Positions 10,268 through 21,151 of a DNA stretch of 64,000 bases are shown here, piece after piece. The stretch is from Candidatus Latescibacterota bacterium (GTDB lineage Bacteria > Latescibacterota > UBA2968 > UBA8231). The stretch is taken from contig OZ244561.1 in assembly GCA_965217585.1 (NCBI GenBank), positions 2,016,001 through 2,080,000 of the forward strand, in the 5' to 3' direction. Every line of letters starts with the position of its first letter. Within the stretch, counting starts at the first letter, position 1. A program made the translations under genes and the position numbers. Under the pieces are notes generated by a model that was not told the origin of the DNA, ran no database searches, and saw only the letters and a program-made list of their open reading frames with translations.

Positions 10268-11627
10268 ATGCGATCATGTTTTATTTATTGCCTTTTTTGT
10301 TTGCGTCCTCAACCCCAACGCCGACCACTGCATCCTACCCATTCACCCCGGTGGCGTCCATACCCTTCCCGAAGGGTCGCGTCAAGCCATCCCCTATTTC
10401 CAAGCCGTGCTCGATAATACCGCCGCAGAGGAGCGCTTGCATCTGAGCGCCCGCTGGCTGCTCAACATTGCCTATATGACCTTGGGGCAGTATCCCGAGG
10501 GGGTGCCGCCCGCTCACCGAATTCCCCCCAAAGCCTTTGAGTCCCAAGCGGCGTTTCCGCGCTGGGTCAATGTGGCTCCGGCCCTCGGATTGGACACCTT
10601 CAGCCTCTCTGGCGGGGCCGTAGCCGACGATTTCGATGGCGACGGGTATCTCGATTTCTTCATCTCGACATCGGACTTGACCGGACAACTGCGCTTTTTC
10701 CGCAATGGGGGGGACGGCACCTTTGCGGACCAGACCGAGGCGGCCAACCTCAATGGGCTGTTGGGTGGACTCAACTTGGTGCAAGCTGACTACGACAACG
10801 ACGGTCACCTCGACCTGTTCGTCGCCGCCTATGCGGCCACCGTCGCCGACATCGTTGCCGCGCATTTGGGCCATCCGGTGTCCGTGGAGCAGGCACGGCT
10901 GTATCGCGGCGATGGTCAAGGCGGCTTTGCGGACGTGTCCCAAGACCACCATTTCGCGCAGCCGACCAAACCTATGGGAGCCAATTTTGGCGATGTGGAC
11001 CACGATGGATTTTTGGATGTGTACTTGGGCACCGGCGATACCGATTACGCCGAGTTGATGCCCAATGTGCTGTATTGGAACCAAGCGGGTCAGCGCTTCG
11101 CCGATGTGACTTTTGCCAGCGGGTTGGGGCATCTGCAGAAGGGGCATGGGGTCGTATTTGCCGATGTGGACCACGACGGCGATGTGGATCTGTTCGAGCA
11201 GATGGGCGGGGCCTATCGCGGCGACGGATTCGCCGATGTGCTGTATGAAAATCCAGGGTTCGGTCACGGCTGGCTAGCGGTTGAAGTAGTGGGGGTGGAG
11301 TCGAATCGGTCGGGAATCGGGACCCAACTACGGGTAGATGTGGTGGAGGGGGGCCAGAGGCGGTCGCTGTACCGGTGGGTGGGCAGCGGCGGCAGTTTTG
11401 GCGGCAATCCGCTGCGTCAGTACGTGGGGTTGGGTTCAGCGGAGCGAGTGGCGCAACTAGTGATTTTTTGGCCGAAAAGTGGCAGCGAGCAAGTGTTCGA
11501 TGAAGTGCCACCGAACGCGATCATCCGGGTCACCGAGGGACGAGACCAACTGGAGATTTTAGCATTGCCCTCTTTTAAGTTCGAGGTCGAACATCCAAAA
11601 CGGGCCGAGCACTATCTACATAAATAG
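10268..11627 (+). pseudogene. CRTAC1-like FG-GAP/VCBS-repeat + ASPIC/UnbV protein, internally deleted and frameshifted
   Basis: ATG 10268 encodes a signal-like MRSCFIYCLFCL joined out of frame to CVLNPNADHCILPIH; DFDGDGYLD and DVDHDGFLD repeats; C-terminal GGSFGGNPLRQYVGLG (ASPIC/UnbV). Confidence 0.7.
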
Positions 11628-11655
11628 TGGTTAGTGATTAGTGGCCACTTCTAAG

Positions 11656-11775
11656 AAGCCGTCTCAAAATTCTAAGTGCGCTCCGATCAACGTCATTTTA
11701 CATCCGCGTTCATCTGCGTTCATCTGCGGATACCTTGCCGTCGGGCAACAGCCGATAGGGGTTTTGAGACAGCTT
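11656..11775. mobile_element. MITE-like element, 120 bp, with 14-bp terminal inverted repeats
   Basis: AAGCCGTCTCAAAA (11656) versus TTTTGAGACAGCTT (11762-11775), one mismatch; internal CATCYGCGTT tandem motif; sits between convergent genes. Confidence 0.6.
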
Positions 11776-13503
11776 TTAAGGCGCGCGCTCGACCTGCACC
11801 GCAATGATGTCTAGGTCGTGGTATTTCTGGTGCCGTACCGAAGCGGCGTAGTGCCGCAACAAACGGAACGAAATCTCGCCTTCGTCTATTATCTCGGGCT
11901 GTTCGCTCAAAAACGCCAGCCGGTCTTCGAGATTTTCTCCTGCGGCGGTCGCCAAAAACTCCAGCTCCACCGTTCCTTCGGCGGGCCGTGCGGTGAGGAT
12001 CAAGTGGCGTCCGTTAGCCGCATCGTCCTCGGCTTGTTGTGTCAGAATCGCCAAGGTCTCTTCCCCTGCGGCGCACAGCCGTTCGGTCGCCGGATCATCC
12101 CAGCCGACTTTCGCGGCAAAGGCGCGGAGGAATTCGTCAATCTTGGGCAGCGAAGCGACATTTAATTCGACCGCTAGGCGTCGGCGGCGCGGAGCTGTCA
12201 GCTCCATGAACGCGGTCAGCAGGATCGCGGCAAGCCCCCCAGCGGTCATGCCGTTGCCGAGCAAGGTGCCCCACGTCTTGCCCAGCAAATCGGCAAAGAT
12301 CACCTGATTCTGAAAGCCCACGCCAATCCAGAACGACAGCCCCACCACCGCGGCCTTGCGGTGATTGAGGCCACTCTCGACGACCAACTTCATACCCTGC
12401 ACGAAAAGCAGACCTATTAGCAGGGTTACATAGGCCGCGCCTACGGGATTGGGAATGGCAATCAGGAGGGCCGTCACCTTGGGCGATAAGGCCAGGACCG
12501 CAAAGATAACCCCCACATACACCCCGACGCGGCGCGCGGCGACCCCGGTGAGTTCGGCGAGCGATATACTAGTTGAGTAGGTCGTATTGGGGGGCGTCCC
12601 AATGAGCCCGGACAACAGGTTGCCCATCCCATCGGCATTGAGAGCGCCCTGGACCAAGCGAAAATCAGTTGCCCGTGGCTGACGCCGCGAGACCCGTTGA
12701 ATGGCAATGCCGTCGCCAATGGTCTCAATCGCGCCTACCAAGGTTACGACTACAAACGCCGGCAACAGCGCCCAGAACTCTGCACCCAACGTCAGGTCCA
12801 ATCCCGGCCACGAGCTATCGGGAAGACCGATCCAAGAGGCTTCGATTACGGGCTGAATGTCGTACAGTCCGAAGGGAGCGGCCACCGCGCAGCCCACCAC
12901 GATGCCGATGAGTGGTGCCCACAGCCGCCAAGTCACTGGGGCGCGCAGTGCCAATACCACAAGGACAACGAGCGTCGCCCCAGCCGCGACCGGGGCCGCA
13001 GCCGACGGCGTGCCCTCGGGCACATCCGCCAGCAAGCCAAAAACGATCGGCATGACCGTGACGGCGATCAGCATGATCACCGTGCCGGAGACGACCGGCG
13101 TGATAATCCGGCGCAGTAGCGAAAGCCGTGCGGCTAAGGCAAACTGAAACAGCGATGAGACGACGATCAGGCTCGCCATCAAGGGCGGTCCGCCCTTCAC
13201 CAATGCCGTGATGCAGACCGCGATAAAGGCACCAGAGGTACCCATGATGAGCACATGCCCAGCCCCGATCCGCCCGACCCGCACCGCTTGTAGAACCGTG
13301 CTCACGCCACTGATCAGCAGCGCCGCGAAGGCGATCCAAGTCAGGTAGCTCTCCGGCTGGTTGGCCGCCCGGCCAATAATGACCGCGCTGAGCACCACCG
13401 GCGCGATGACGACCACCGCGGCCTGAAAGCCAACCCCAGCGGCGACGGAGTGGGGGGGTCGCTCGTCCGGCTCGTAGCGGATGTTTTCATTTATTTGCGC
13501 CAT
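11776..13503 (-). CDS. NCS2/NAT xanthine-uracil permease with an extra C-terminal soluble domain
   Basis: Start MAQINENIRYEPDERPP; GALNADGMGNLLSG and PNTTYSTS NAT-type motifs; about 130-aa hydrophilic tail. Confidence 0.85.
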   Translation of the reverse strand: MAQINENIRYEPDERPPHSVAAGVGFQAAVVVIAPVVLSAVIIGRAANQPESYLTWIAFAALLISGVSTVLQAVRVGRIGAGHVLIMGTSGAFIAVCITALVKGGPPLMASLIVVSSLFQFALAARLSLLRRIITPVVSGTVIMLIAVTVMPIVFGLLADVPEGTPSAAAPVAAGATLVVLVVLALRAPVTWRLWAPLIGIVVGCAVAAPFGLYDIQPVIEASWIGLPDSSWPGLDLTLGAEFWALLPAFVVVTLVGAIETIGDGIAIQRVSRRQPRATDFRLVQGALNADGMGNLLSGLIGTPPNTTYSTSISLAELTGVAARRVGVYVGVIFAVLALSPKVTALLIAIPNPVGAAYVTLLIGLLFVQGMKLVVESGLNHRKAAVVGLSFWIGVGFQNQVIFADLLGKTWGTLLGNGMTAGGLAAILLTAFMELTAPRRRRLAVELNVASLPKIDEFLRAFAAKVGWDDPATERLCAAGEETLAILTQQAEDDAANGRHLILTARPAEGTVELEFLATAAGENLEDRLAFLSEQPEIIDEGEISFRLLRHYAASVRHQKYHDLDIIAVQVERAP

Positions 13504-13642
13504 TGCCAAAGCCACTCTTTCAATCAGGTTGCGCTGCAAAGCCTGTAAGGCTCTATATCTATTGAATAAGCCCCGGGAAGAAAATGCGACGAATTTGACC
13601 GCTGCACCATTATGCAAATCGCTCCAAAAGCCCCCGTCACCT

Positions 13643-13802
13643 TCAAAGACGCCATACCAACAGCAACTGGGCCGTACTCTCATCTACGTCTGTTCCGAGC
13701 TTGTTGTGCCAGTACTGGTACTCGATGCCGACCATGAGCTGCTGGGGCGCTCCAATCACTTGGCCCAGATCCCAGGTAAGCTGTTTTCATTGCTATTTTC
13801 AT
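13643..13802 (-). pseudogene. Remnant of a Tsx-like nucleoside/purine outer-membrane channel gene
   Basis: GAGGAG-ATG (MKIAMK) fused out of frame to QLTWDLGQVIGAPQQLMVGIEYQYWHNKLGTDVDESTAQLLLVWRL*, a Tsx-like beta-barrel C-terminus. Confidence 0.65.
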
Positions 13803-14017
13803 TTCTCCTCGATTTTGACATAGTGGATAAATGCTATTTTTTAACGCCATCTAACATAAAATCACTCTATACCACAACGCCAATAACACGGCGAAAAGTA
13901 TGGACCATGCCGAATTGTCCGGCGGCTTTCCTGGTTGAGGCATCCGCCTCTTTGAACAACATTTGCCTATCCTATGTGGATGCATAGAGGATTTGACAAC
14001 TTCGAGAAAGGAACGCG

Positions 14018-15385
14018 ATGGAACTGAATTGGCGAGAAATCGACCGCTGGATTTTTGGCGAGGCTTGGACCGGCTCGCAGATCGGCGAACACGTGGAGAT
14101 GTTGTGCGAGCAGATCGGGCCGCGCTGGGCTTCTTCGGAAGGAGAGCGCCAGGCGGTGGAGTACCTACGGGAGCAGTTTGCACAGGCGGGACTGGCCGAT
14201 GCGGCGCTGGAGGAGTTTGCGCTGGATACTTGGGCGTACAAACGGGCAGAGGCAACGGTGGGGGATATGGCAATTGACCTCTTGCCCTATAATCGCTGTC
14301 CGCCGTGCGACCTCGAAGCACCGATCGTCAATGCCGGATATGGTACGGAGCACGAAATCGATAGAGTGCGCGGCCAGCTCAAAGGAAGCATCGTGGTGAT
14401 GCACCTAGCGCTAGAGCCTTTTACCACGCCCTCTCCGCCCAATGTGCGACTCGCAGCACTAGGCGACGCCGGCGCGGTGGCGGTGGTGGCGATTGATCCA
14501 AAAGACGGGCGACGAGTGGAGTACCACAACGGCGGAGATTGGCGCGAGCCAGAGACCGCCCAGTTGCCCATTCCGGCGGTGACGACCTCGCGAGAACACG
14601 GGGCACTGTTGCAGAAGTGGGCCGGCGAGGGCACGCGGCTCAAGCTAGTCGTTGAGAGCCGGTTTTACCAAGCAGCGGCGCACAATGTGGTCGCCTCGAT
14701 TCCCGGGGCGCAGTGGCCTGGAGAGCGGCTGATGTTGGGCGGGCATCACGACACGGTGTACGGCGCGCCGGGGGGCAACGACAATGCCTCGGGGACCATT
14801 GCGGTACTGGAGACGGCGCGGGTATTGGCCGGGCTAAAATCGGCGCTAGGCGTCGAGCCAGGGATGAGCCTGTGCTTTGCGACCTACAGCGCCGAAGAGC
14901 AGACGTTCCAAGGGTCAATCGAGTACGTGCGGCAACATTGCGTCGCCAAGCCGCGGCTGGCGATCAATCTCGACGAACTATCGACCGGGCCGATCAAGGG
15001 GGTGGTGCTGGGGTTTGGGCATTTGCGCGGCTTGGTACAGGCCCAGTTCAATGCGATGGGCGACGGGCTAAAGTGCCACGTGATGTCCCAACTCGACGCG
15101 ACTTCAGACCATTTTCCCTTTTTGCGCGAGGGCATTGACGCGGCGCATTTGTGGCGCTGGCGCTTTAGCGGCCGGCACGCCGATTCCAACTACCACCACG
15201 AGCCAGCCGACACCGCCGACAAGCTCAACGTGCGGGAGTTAAAAGAATACGTCGGGCAGTTAGCGCGACTGTTGTTGCGGCTGTCGCACGTAGCACCCGA
15301 GGAGTGGCCGGAAAATCCGGTGACCAAGGAGGCGGTAGCAGAACGGCTGGCGGCTGAGCGCGGGACCGTGGTGCGGGTGTTTTAA
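14018..15385 (+). CDS. M28-family aminopeptidase with PA domain
   Basis: GGHHDT, GGNDNASGT, SAEE, INLD, SDHFPF and YHHEPADT motifs. Confidence 0.88.
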   Translation: MELNWREIDRWIFGEAWTGSQIGEHVEMLCEQIGPRWASSEGERQAVEYLREQFAQAGLADAALEEFALDTWAYKRAEATVGDMAIDLLPYNRCPPCDLEAPIVNAGYGTEHEIDRVRGQLKGSIVVMHLALEPFTTPSPPNVRLAALGDAGAVAVVAIDPKDGRRVEYHNGGDWREPETAQLPIPAVTTSREHGALLQKWAGEGTRLKLVVESRFYQAAAHNVVASIPGAQWPGERLMLGGHHDTVYGAPGGNDNASGTIAVLETARVLAGLKSALGVEPGMSLCFATYSAEEQTFQGSIEYVRQHCVAKPRLAINLDELSTGPIKGVVLGFGHLRGLVQAQFNAMGDGLKCHVMSQLDATSDHFPFLREGIDAAHLWRWRFSGRHADSNYHHEPADTADKLNVRELKEYVGQLARLLLRLSHVAPEEWPENPVTKEAVAERLAAERGTVVRVF

Positions 15386-15392
15386 TCGGGCA

Positions 15393-16226
15393 TCAAGCCC
15401 AGACGTAGATCTCGTCGTCGTCCGGGGACATGGCAAAGAAGATGGCCAGCACCGCCCGGGGCTGGTCGCCGACGACGGCGGGCACCTCGTGGACGTTTTC
15501 GCTAAAAAAGAAATAGAGGTCGCCGGGTTCGAGCTGGACCTGGACGCGCTCGATGCCCTCGCGGGCGACGTAGGCAGCAAATCGCTCGCGTCCCAGATGT
15601 TCTGTTAGCTCGGGGCGAAAGGGACAGTTGTACAGGTACGGCTCACCCGTGCCGCCTTCCTTAGTGCTGTTCTGAAAGCAAAGCACCCCAGCAAACTGGT
15701 GTTTGAAGCGCGAAATCTGGTATTCAAGAGCCTTAGTGCGCTTGGCAACGGAGTCGTAGTGCGGGCCGTGGCCGGTTTCCCGGTGATAGACGCGGAAGAT
15801 GGCCGGGCCGTAGAGGCGACCGTCCGGCTCGCGGGCGGTCTTGACCGCTTTGCCGGGCGCTAGCTGGGCGAGGGCGTCGTACATAGTGCGGACCGGATCG
15901 TCATAGCCGTCGAAGAGGGTCTCAAACAACGCCAGCGTCGCTGTGGAGTGGGCGTGGAATTGGTCGCGCTCGCGGTGATGGTGGCCAAAACTAGTGCCAA
16001 TATCGACGCGACGCGCTTGGCCCTCGCCGACCTCGTGGGGATCGTAGAGCAGGCTGCGCTCGTAGAAGCGCCGCATCAGCGCTCGGCAATGGGCAGGGTT
16101 GTAGTGCTGACGCAGCACGAAAGCCGGTACCTCGCCGCGCGCTAGGGCCATCAGCGGCTCGGGATGCTGGGCGAGGATCTCGGGGATGGGGGCTTCGAAT
16201 GGGGTCCAGGTTTGGGAGGTTGTCAT
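15393..16226 (-). CDS. Putative 2OG-Fe(II) oxygenase-superfamily protein
   Basis: PHYD and PGDLYFF...VHEV...R motifs. Confidence 0.6.
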   Translation of the reverse strand: MTTSQTWTPFEAPIPEILAQHPEPLMALARGEVPAFVLRQHYNPAHCRALMRRFYERSLLYDPHEVGEGQARRVDIGTSFGHHHRERDQFHAHSTATLALFETLFDGYDDPVRTMYDALAQLAPGKAVKTAREPDGRLYGPAIFRVYHRETGHGPHYDSVAKRTKALEYQISRFKHQFAGVLCFQNSTKEGGTGEPYLYNCPFRPELTEHLGRERFAAYVAREGIERVQVQLEPGDLYFFFSENVHEVPAVVGDQPRAVLAIFFAMSPDDDEIYVWA

Positions 16227-16302
16227 GGCGGGGAATTTAATATGCGTCGCGGGCTGAGTCCACACGGACTATTCGCGCTACACCAAACCAGGGGCTTGTA
16301 AC

Positions 16303-17292
16303 GTGGAATATCGAAAATTGGGCACTGCGGATATCGAAGTATCGGCAATGGCGCTCGGCTGCTGGCCTTTCGCCGGTGGGATGGTCTGGGGTGAGCAGGA
16401 TGAGGGTGAGTCGATTGCGACGGTGCGCGCGGCGCTCGACGCGGGGATCAACTTCTTCGACACGGCCGAGGGCTATGAGGAGGGGCACTCCGAACGCGTG
16501 CTCGGACGCGGTCTGGCCGGTCAGCGCCAGCAGGTGGTCATCGCCAGCAAGGTGAGCCCGAATCACCTGACCCCGGAGGGGATCGCGGCCGCCTGCGAGC
16601 AGAGTTTAGAGAATTTGCAGACGGACTACATCGATCTCTACCAGATCCACTGGCCCAATCACGATATCCCGATCGACACATCCTGGCGCGCGTTAGAGGA
16701 TCTGCTGGCGGCCGGGAAGGTGCGCGCACTGGGGGTGGCGAACTTCGCCAGCGACGATCTGGCCGATCTGGTCGCGGTGGGTCGGCCGGCGGCGGATCAG
16801 TTGCCCTATAGTTTGCTGTGGCGGGCGATCGAGTTCGAGGTCCTGGCGCGCTGCCGCGAGCGGGATATAGGGCTGATCTGCTACGCGCCGCTGGCGCAGG
16901 GGCTGCTGACGGGAAGATACGCGGCGGCGGACCAGGTGCCGGACGGGCTGGCGCGGACGAGGTGGTATGCGGGCAGTCGGCCGCTGGCCAAACACGGCGA
17001 GCCCGGCTGCGAAGAGGCGGTGTTTCACGCCATCGCGGGGATTCGCGATGTCAGCGAACGGGTCGGCGCGCCGCTGGCGCGCGTGGCGCTGGCGTGGGTG
17101 CTCAAGCAGCGGGGGGTGACATCGCTATTGGTGGGAGCGCGGAATCCGGATGAACTAGCACGCAACCTGCCGGCGCTGGCGCTGGATTTGGACGCGGCGA
17201 CCATTGCCGAACTGGAGCGGCTGACCGAGCCGGTCAAAGAGGCGATCGGGCGAAATCTGGATATGTGGTTTGCGGAGTCGCGGATGCGGTGA
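16303..17292 (+). CDS. Aldo/keto reductase
   Basis: GINFFDTAEGY, DYIDLYQIHWP and APLAQGLLTGRY motifs. Confidence 0.92.
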   Translation: MEYRKLGTADIEVSAMALGCWPFAGGMVWGEQDEGESIATVRAALDAGINFFDTAEGYEEGHSERVLGRGLAGQRQQVVIASKVSPNHLTPEGIAAACEQSLENLQTDYIDLYQIHWPNHDIPIDTSWRALEDLLAAGKVRALGVANFASDDLADLVAVGRPAADQLPYSLLWRAIEFEVLARCRERDIGLICYAPLAQGLLTGRYAAADQVPDGLARTRWYAGSRPLAKHGEPGCEEAVFHAIAGIRDVSERVGAPLARVALAWVLKQRGVTSLLVGARNPDELARNLPALALDLDAATIAELERLTEPVKEAIGRNLDMWFAESRMR

Positions 17293-17333
17293 AGCGGGCG
17301 TCAGTACGCCAGCCCGATCAGACGCAGCGAATC

Positions 17334-18956
17334 CTACTCGTCCTCTCCGTCCTCTATCGCCTCGAGATCAAATGCCGCCGCGATCAACGCCCGCGTGTAG
17401 GTCTCTTGTGGCGCGGCGAAAACCTCCTGCGTCGGTCCCTGCTCGACTACCAACCCCTCCTTCATCACGATTAGCTCGCTAGCCAGGGCGCGGACGACCT
17501 TGAGGTCGTGACTGATGAACAAATAGGCCAAGCCGTGGCGCTCTTGCAGTTGCAGCAGCAGCTCGACGATCTGGGCCTGCACCGTCTTGTCCAAGGCGCT
17601 GGTCGGTTCGTCGAGGACCACCAAGCGCGGCTTGAGGGCCATGGCGCGGGCGATGGCGATGCGCTGGCGTTGGCCGCCGGAGAACTCGTGCGGGTAGCGG
17701 TCCATGGTCAGCGGGTCCAGGTCGACTTCGGCCATGGTCTCGGCTACTAGCTGCCGGCGCTGGTGGTAGTCGCCGCCGATTGCGTGAATCAGCAGGCCCT
17801 CCTCGATGATCTGAAAGGCCGAGAGGCGCGGGCTCAGCGAGGCGAAGGGATCCTGGAAGACGATCTGCATCTGCCGACGCAGCGGGCGGATCTGCTTTTG
17901 CTGCCAGCCTTGGATATCGCGGCCGGCGAATTCGATCGGCCCCGCGCTGGCGACTAGCCGCAAGAGCGCCTGACCGAGGGTGGTCTTGCCCGAGCCGGAT
18001 TCGCCGACGATGCCGACGGTCTGCCCCGCGCGGATGCTGAGCGAAATTCCATCGACTGCTTTTACATGGGCCACGGTGCGGCGCAGCAGACCGCGCTTGA
18101 TGGGAAAGTGGACCTTGAGGTTGTGGGTGCGGATGACTTCGGGCGCTGTCTCGTCAATCGGGGCTGGTTCGCCCTCGGGCTCGGCGGCTAGGAGCGTGCG
18201 GGTATAGGGGTGTTGCGGAGCGGTGAAGAGAGCCTCGGCGGTATTGTGTTCGACGATCTCGCCGTTGGTCATCACATAGACGCGATCGGCCATGTGGCGG
18301 ACGATGCCCAGATCGTGGGTGATTAGCAGAATCGCCATGCCCAAGCGGGCCTGCAAGTCCTTGAGCAGGGCGAGGATCTGCGCCTGGATCGTCACATCTA
18401 GCGCGGTGGTCGGCTCGTCGGCGATGAGCAGGTCGGGTTCGTTGGCCAAGGCCATGGCGATCATCACCCGCTGGCGCTGACCGCCCGATAGCTGGTGCGG
18501 CCAAGCGTCTAGGCGCTCCTCGACATTGGGGAGGCCAACCAGCCCTAAAAGCTCTATCGCGCGGGCGCGAGCTTCCGCGCGGCTCAGGCCCCGATGCAGA
18601 ATGAGCGTTTCGCACAATTGCTTCTCGATGGAGTGCAGCGGGTTGAGCGAGGTCATCGGCTCTTGGAAAACCATCGCGACGCGGTTTCCGCGCAATTCCT
18701 GCAACCGCGCCGACGCCGCGCCCAACAGCTCTTCGCCGTCGAAGCGGACGCTGCCGTGGGGATGGCTGGCGCGCGGATAGGGCAACAGTTGCAGCACCGA
18801 GAGTGCGGTCACCGACTTGCCCGAGCCGGACTCGCCGACTAGGGCCACGGTCTCGCCCCGCTCGATCTTAAGCGAGGCGCTGCGCACCGCTTCGATATCG
18901 CCTTCCTCCCCGAGGTGAAAACGCACGCCCAGATTTTCGATCGCCAACAAGCTCAT
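17334..18956 (-). CDS. yejF: Peptide/microcin C ABC transporter ATP-binding protein with two NBDs
   Basis: Two GESGSGK Walker A motifs and [16 protein letters not shown] signatures; start MSLLAIE overlaps the yejE stop. Confidence 0.88.
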   Translation of the reverse strand: MSLLAIENLGVRFHLGEEGDIEAVRSASLKIERGETVALVGESGSGKSVTALSVLQLLPYPRASHPHGSVRFDGEELLGAASARLQELRGNRVAMVFQEPMTSLNPLHSIEKQLCETLILHRGLSRAEARARAIELLGLVGLPNVEERLDAWPHQLSGGQRQRVMIAMALANEPDLLIADEPTTALDVTIQAQILALLKDLQARLGMAILLITHDLGIVRHMADRVYVMTNGEIVEHNTAEALFTAPQHPYTRTLLAAEPEGEPAPIDETAPEVIRTHNLKVHFPIKRGLLRRTVAHVKAVDGISLSIRAGQTVGIVGESGSGKTTLGQALLRLVASAGPIEFAGRDIQGWQQKQIRPLRRQMQIVFQDPFASLSPRLSAFQIIEEGLLIHAIGGDYHQRRQLVAETMAEVDLDPLTMDRYPHEFSGGQRQRIAIARAMALKPRLVVLDEPTSALDKTVQAQIVELLLQLQERHGLAYLFISHDLKVVRALASELIVMKEGLVVEQGPTQEVFAAPQETYTRALIAAAFDLEAIEDGEDE

Positions 18957-20041
18957 GCGCCTTCCTCCCCGGCGTAGGTCTTGCGCGGATCGAAGGCGTC
19001 GCGCACCGCCTCGCCGATAAAGACCAACAGCGACAGCATTGCCGCCAGCGCGAAAAAGGCCGTAAAACCCAGCCACGGGGCTTGGAGGTTGCGCTTGCCT
19101 TGGTTGAGCAGTTCGCCCAGCGACGGCGAGCCGGGCGGCAGGCCAAAGCCGAGGAAGTCGAGCGAGGTCAGCACTGCTACCGAGCCGGTGAGCACAAAGG
19201 GCAAAAACGTCAGGGTCGAGACCATGGCGTTGGGCAGCACATGCCGCCACATGATGCGGCGATCGCTCTGGCCGAGGGCGCGGGCGGCTTTGACGAAGTC
19301 GAAGTTGCGCGCCCGCAAGAATTCGGCCCGCACGACCCCGACCAAGCCCATCCAGCGAAACAGCAGCAACAAGCCGAGCAGCCACCAGAAATTCGGCTCG
19401 ACGACGCTGGCGAGGATGATCAGTAGATAGAGCAGCGGCAAGCCCTGCCAGATCTCGATGAAGCGCTGGAAGAGCAAGTCGATCCAGCCGCCGAAGTACC
19501 CTTGGACCGCGCCAGCGGCAATGCCGACCGCGGCGCTGAACAGCGTCAGCATCAGGCCGAAGAGTACTGAGATGCGGTAGCCGTAGAGGACTCGCGCCAC
19601 CACGTCGCGCGCTTGGTCGTCCGTGCCGAGCCAGTTTTCGGCGTCGGGCGGGGAAGGTGCCGGCTGCTTGAGGTCGTAGTTGACGGTGTCGTAGCTATAG
19701 GACACCAGCGGCCACAAGATCCAGCCCTTTGCCTCGATTAGCTCCTCGACGAAGGGGTCGCGGTATTCGGCCTCGGTCGCAAAATCGCCGCCAAAAATCG
19801 TTTCGGGGTACGTCGCGAGGACTGGGAAGTAATAGCTGCCATCGAACCGAACGACCAGCGGACGGTCGTTGGCGATGAACTCAGCCGGCAGGCTCAGGAC
19901 GAAGAGGCCCCAAAAGATCCAGAAACTCCAAAAGCCGCGGCGGTTGCGGCGAAAATTGGCCAGCCGGCGTTGATTGAGCCGCGAAAGCTGCATGCCCAGC
20001 AAGCGCGTCGGAGGGAGCGGTGGGGCGGATGCGGCACTCAT
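18953..20041 (-). CDS. yejE: Peptide ABC transporter permease
   Basis: [43 protein letters not shown]. Confidence 0.88.
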   Translation of the reverse strand: MSAASAPPLPPTRLLGMQLSRLNQRRLANFRRNRRGFWSFWIFWGLFVLSLPAEFIANDRPLVVRFDGSYYFPVLATYPETIFGGDFATEAEYRDPFVEELIEAKGWILWPLVSYSYDTVNYDLKQPAPSPPDAENWLGTDDQARDVVARVLYGYRISVLFGLMLTLFSAAVGIAAGAVQGYFGGWIDLLFQRFIEIWQGLPLLYLLIILASVVEPNFWWLLGLLLLFRWMGLVGVVRAEFLRARNFDFVKAARALGQSDRRIMWRHVLPNAMVSTLTFLPFVLTGSVAVLTSLDFLGFGLPPGSPSLGELLNQGKRNLQAPWLGFTAFFALAAMLSLLVFIGEAVRDAFDPRKTYAGEEGA

Positions 20042-21141
20042 GATTCGCGGCTTTCAAAGTCGATGCGGCGGTCGACCAGCGTGTAGGTCAAATCGCCCAC
20101 CAACTGCATCAGCATACCTAGCAACGTGAAGAAATACAGCGTGGCGAACATCACCGGGTAATCGCGGCCAATAGCCGCCTCGTAGCCCAACAAACCCAAC
20201 CCGTCCAACGAGAAGATGATTTCCGTCAGCAGCGCACCGGTGAAGAAGATATCGACGAAAGCACTGGGAAAGCCGGCGATGACGATCAGCATGGCGTTGC
20301 GGAAGACGTGGCCGTAGAGCACCCGGTTTTCGCTCAGGCCCTTGGCGCGGGCGGTGGTGACATAGAGCTTGTTGATTTCGTCTAGAAAGGAGTTTTTGGT
20401 CAGCAAGGTCAGCCCGGCGAAGCCGCCGATGACCATCGCGGTGACCGGCAAGGCGAGGTGCCAGAAGTAGTCGGCGATTTTGGCGAGGGGGGTCAGTTCA
20501 TCCCAATTAGACGAGGTCAGGCCGCGCAGCGGAAACCAGTCTAAATAATGCCCACCGGCAAAGACCACGATCAGCAGAATGGCAAAGAGGAAGCTGGGGA
20601 TGGCGTAGCCGACGATGACCAGCCCCGAGGTCCAGACATCGAAGCGCGAGCCATCGCGCACGGCTTTGGCGATCCCTAGGGGAATAGAAATGAAATAGAC
20701 CAGCAGCGTGGTCCACAGCCCCAGCGAAATCGAGACCGGCATCTTCTCCTTGATCAAGTCAACGACCCGTTGGTCGCGGTAAAAGCTCTCGCCGAAGTCG
20801 AAGCGCACGTACTGGCCGATCATCTGCAAGAAGCGCTCGTGGACCGGCTTGTCGAAGCCGTACATGCGTTCGAGCTCGGCGATCAACTCGGGATCGAGCC
20901 CTTGGGCACCGCGATATTTGCTGCTGATCTCGCTGCCTTGAGCCGCGTCGGTGTCGAGGGTCTCGCCCATGCCCGAGCCGCTGACCCGCTCGGTGGCGTC
21001 GGTGCCAAAGCCCTGAATCACCGCGATAGTGCGCTCGACCGGGCCGCCCGGGGCCGCTTGGATGATGAGGAAGTTGATGGTCATAATGCCGAAGAGGGTC
21101 GGCACCATCAACAACAGGCGGCGGAGGATATAAGCGCCCAT
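20038..21141 (-). CDS. yejB: Peptide ABC transporter permease
   Basis: [48 protein letters not shown]. Confidence 0.9.
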   Translation of the reverse strand: MGAYILRRLLLMVPTLFGIMTINFLIIQAAPGGPVERTIAVIQGFGTDATERVSGSGMGETLDTDAAQGSEISSKYRGAQGLDPELIAELERMYGFDKPVHERFLQMIGQYVRFDFGESFYRDQRVVDLIKEKMPVSISLGLWTTLLVYFISIPLGIAKAVRDGSRFDVWTSGLVIVGYAIPSFLFAILLIVVFAGGHYLDWFPLRGLTSSNWDELTPLAKIADYFWHLALPVTAMVIGGFAGLTLLTKNSFLDEINKLYVTTARAKGLSENRVLYGHVFRNAMLIVIAGFPSAFVDIFFTGALLTEIIFSLDGLGLLGYEAAIGRDYPVMFATLYFFTLLGMLMQLVGDLTYTLVDRRIDFESRES

Positions 21142-21151
21142 AAAAGCGGCG

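Noticed and set aside
13510-14017. Purine riboswitch upstream of the NCS2 permease
   Set aside because: No recognisable aptamer core by eye; part of the region is the Tsx-like remnant. An Infernal scan would settle it.
18957-19385. N-terminal extension of YejF (683-aa ORF)
   Set aside because: Overlaps yejE in another frame; a coupled start at 18956 fits better.
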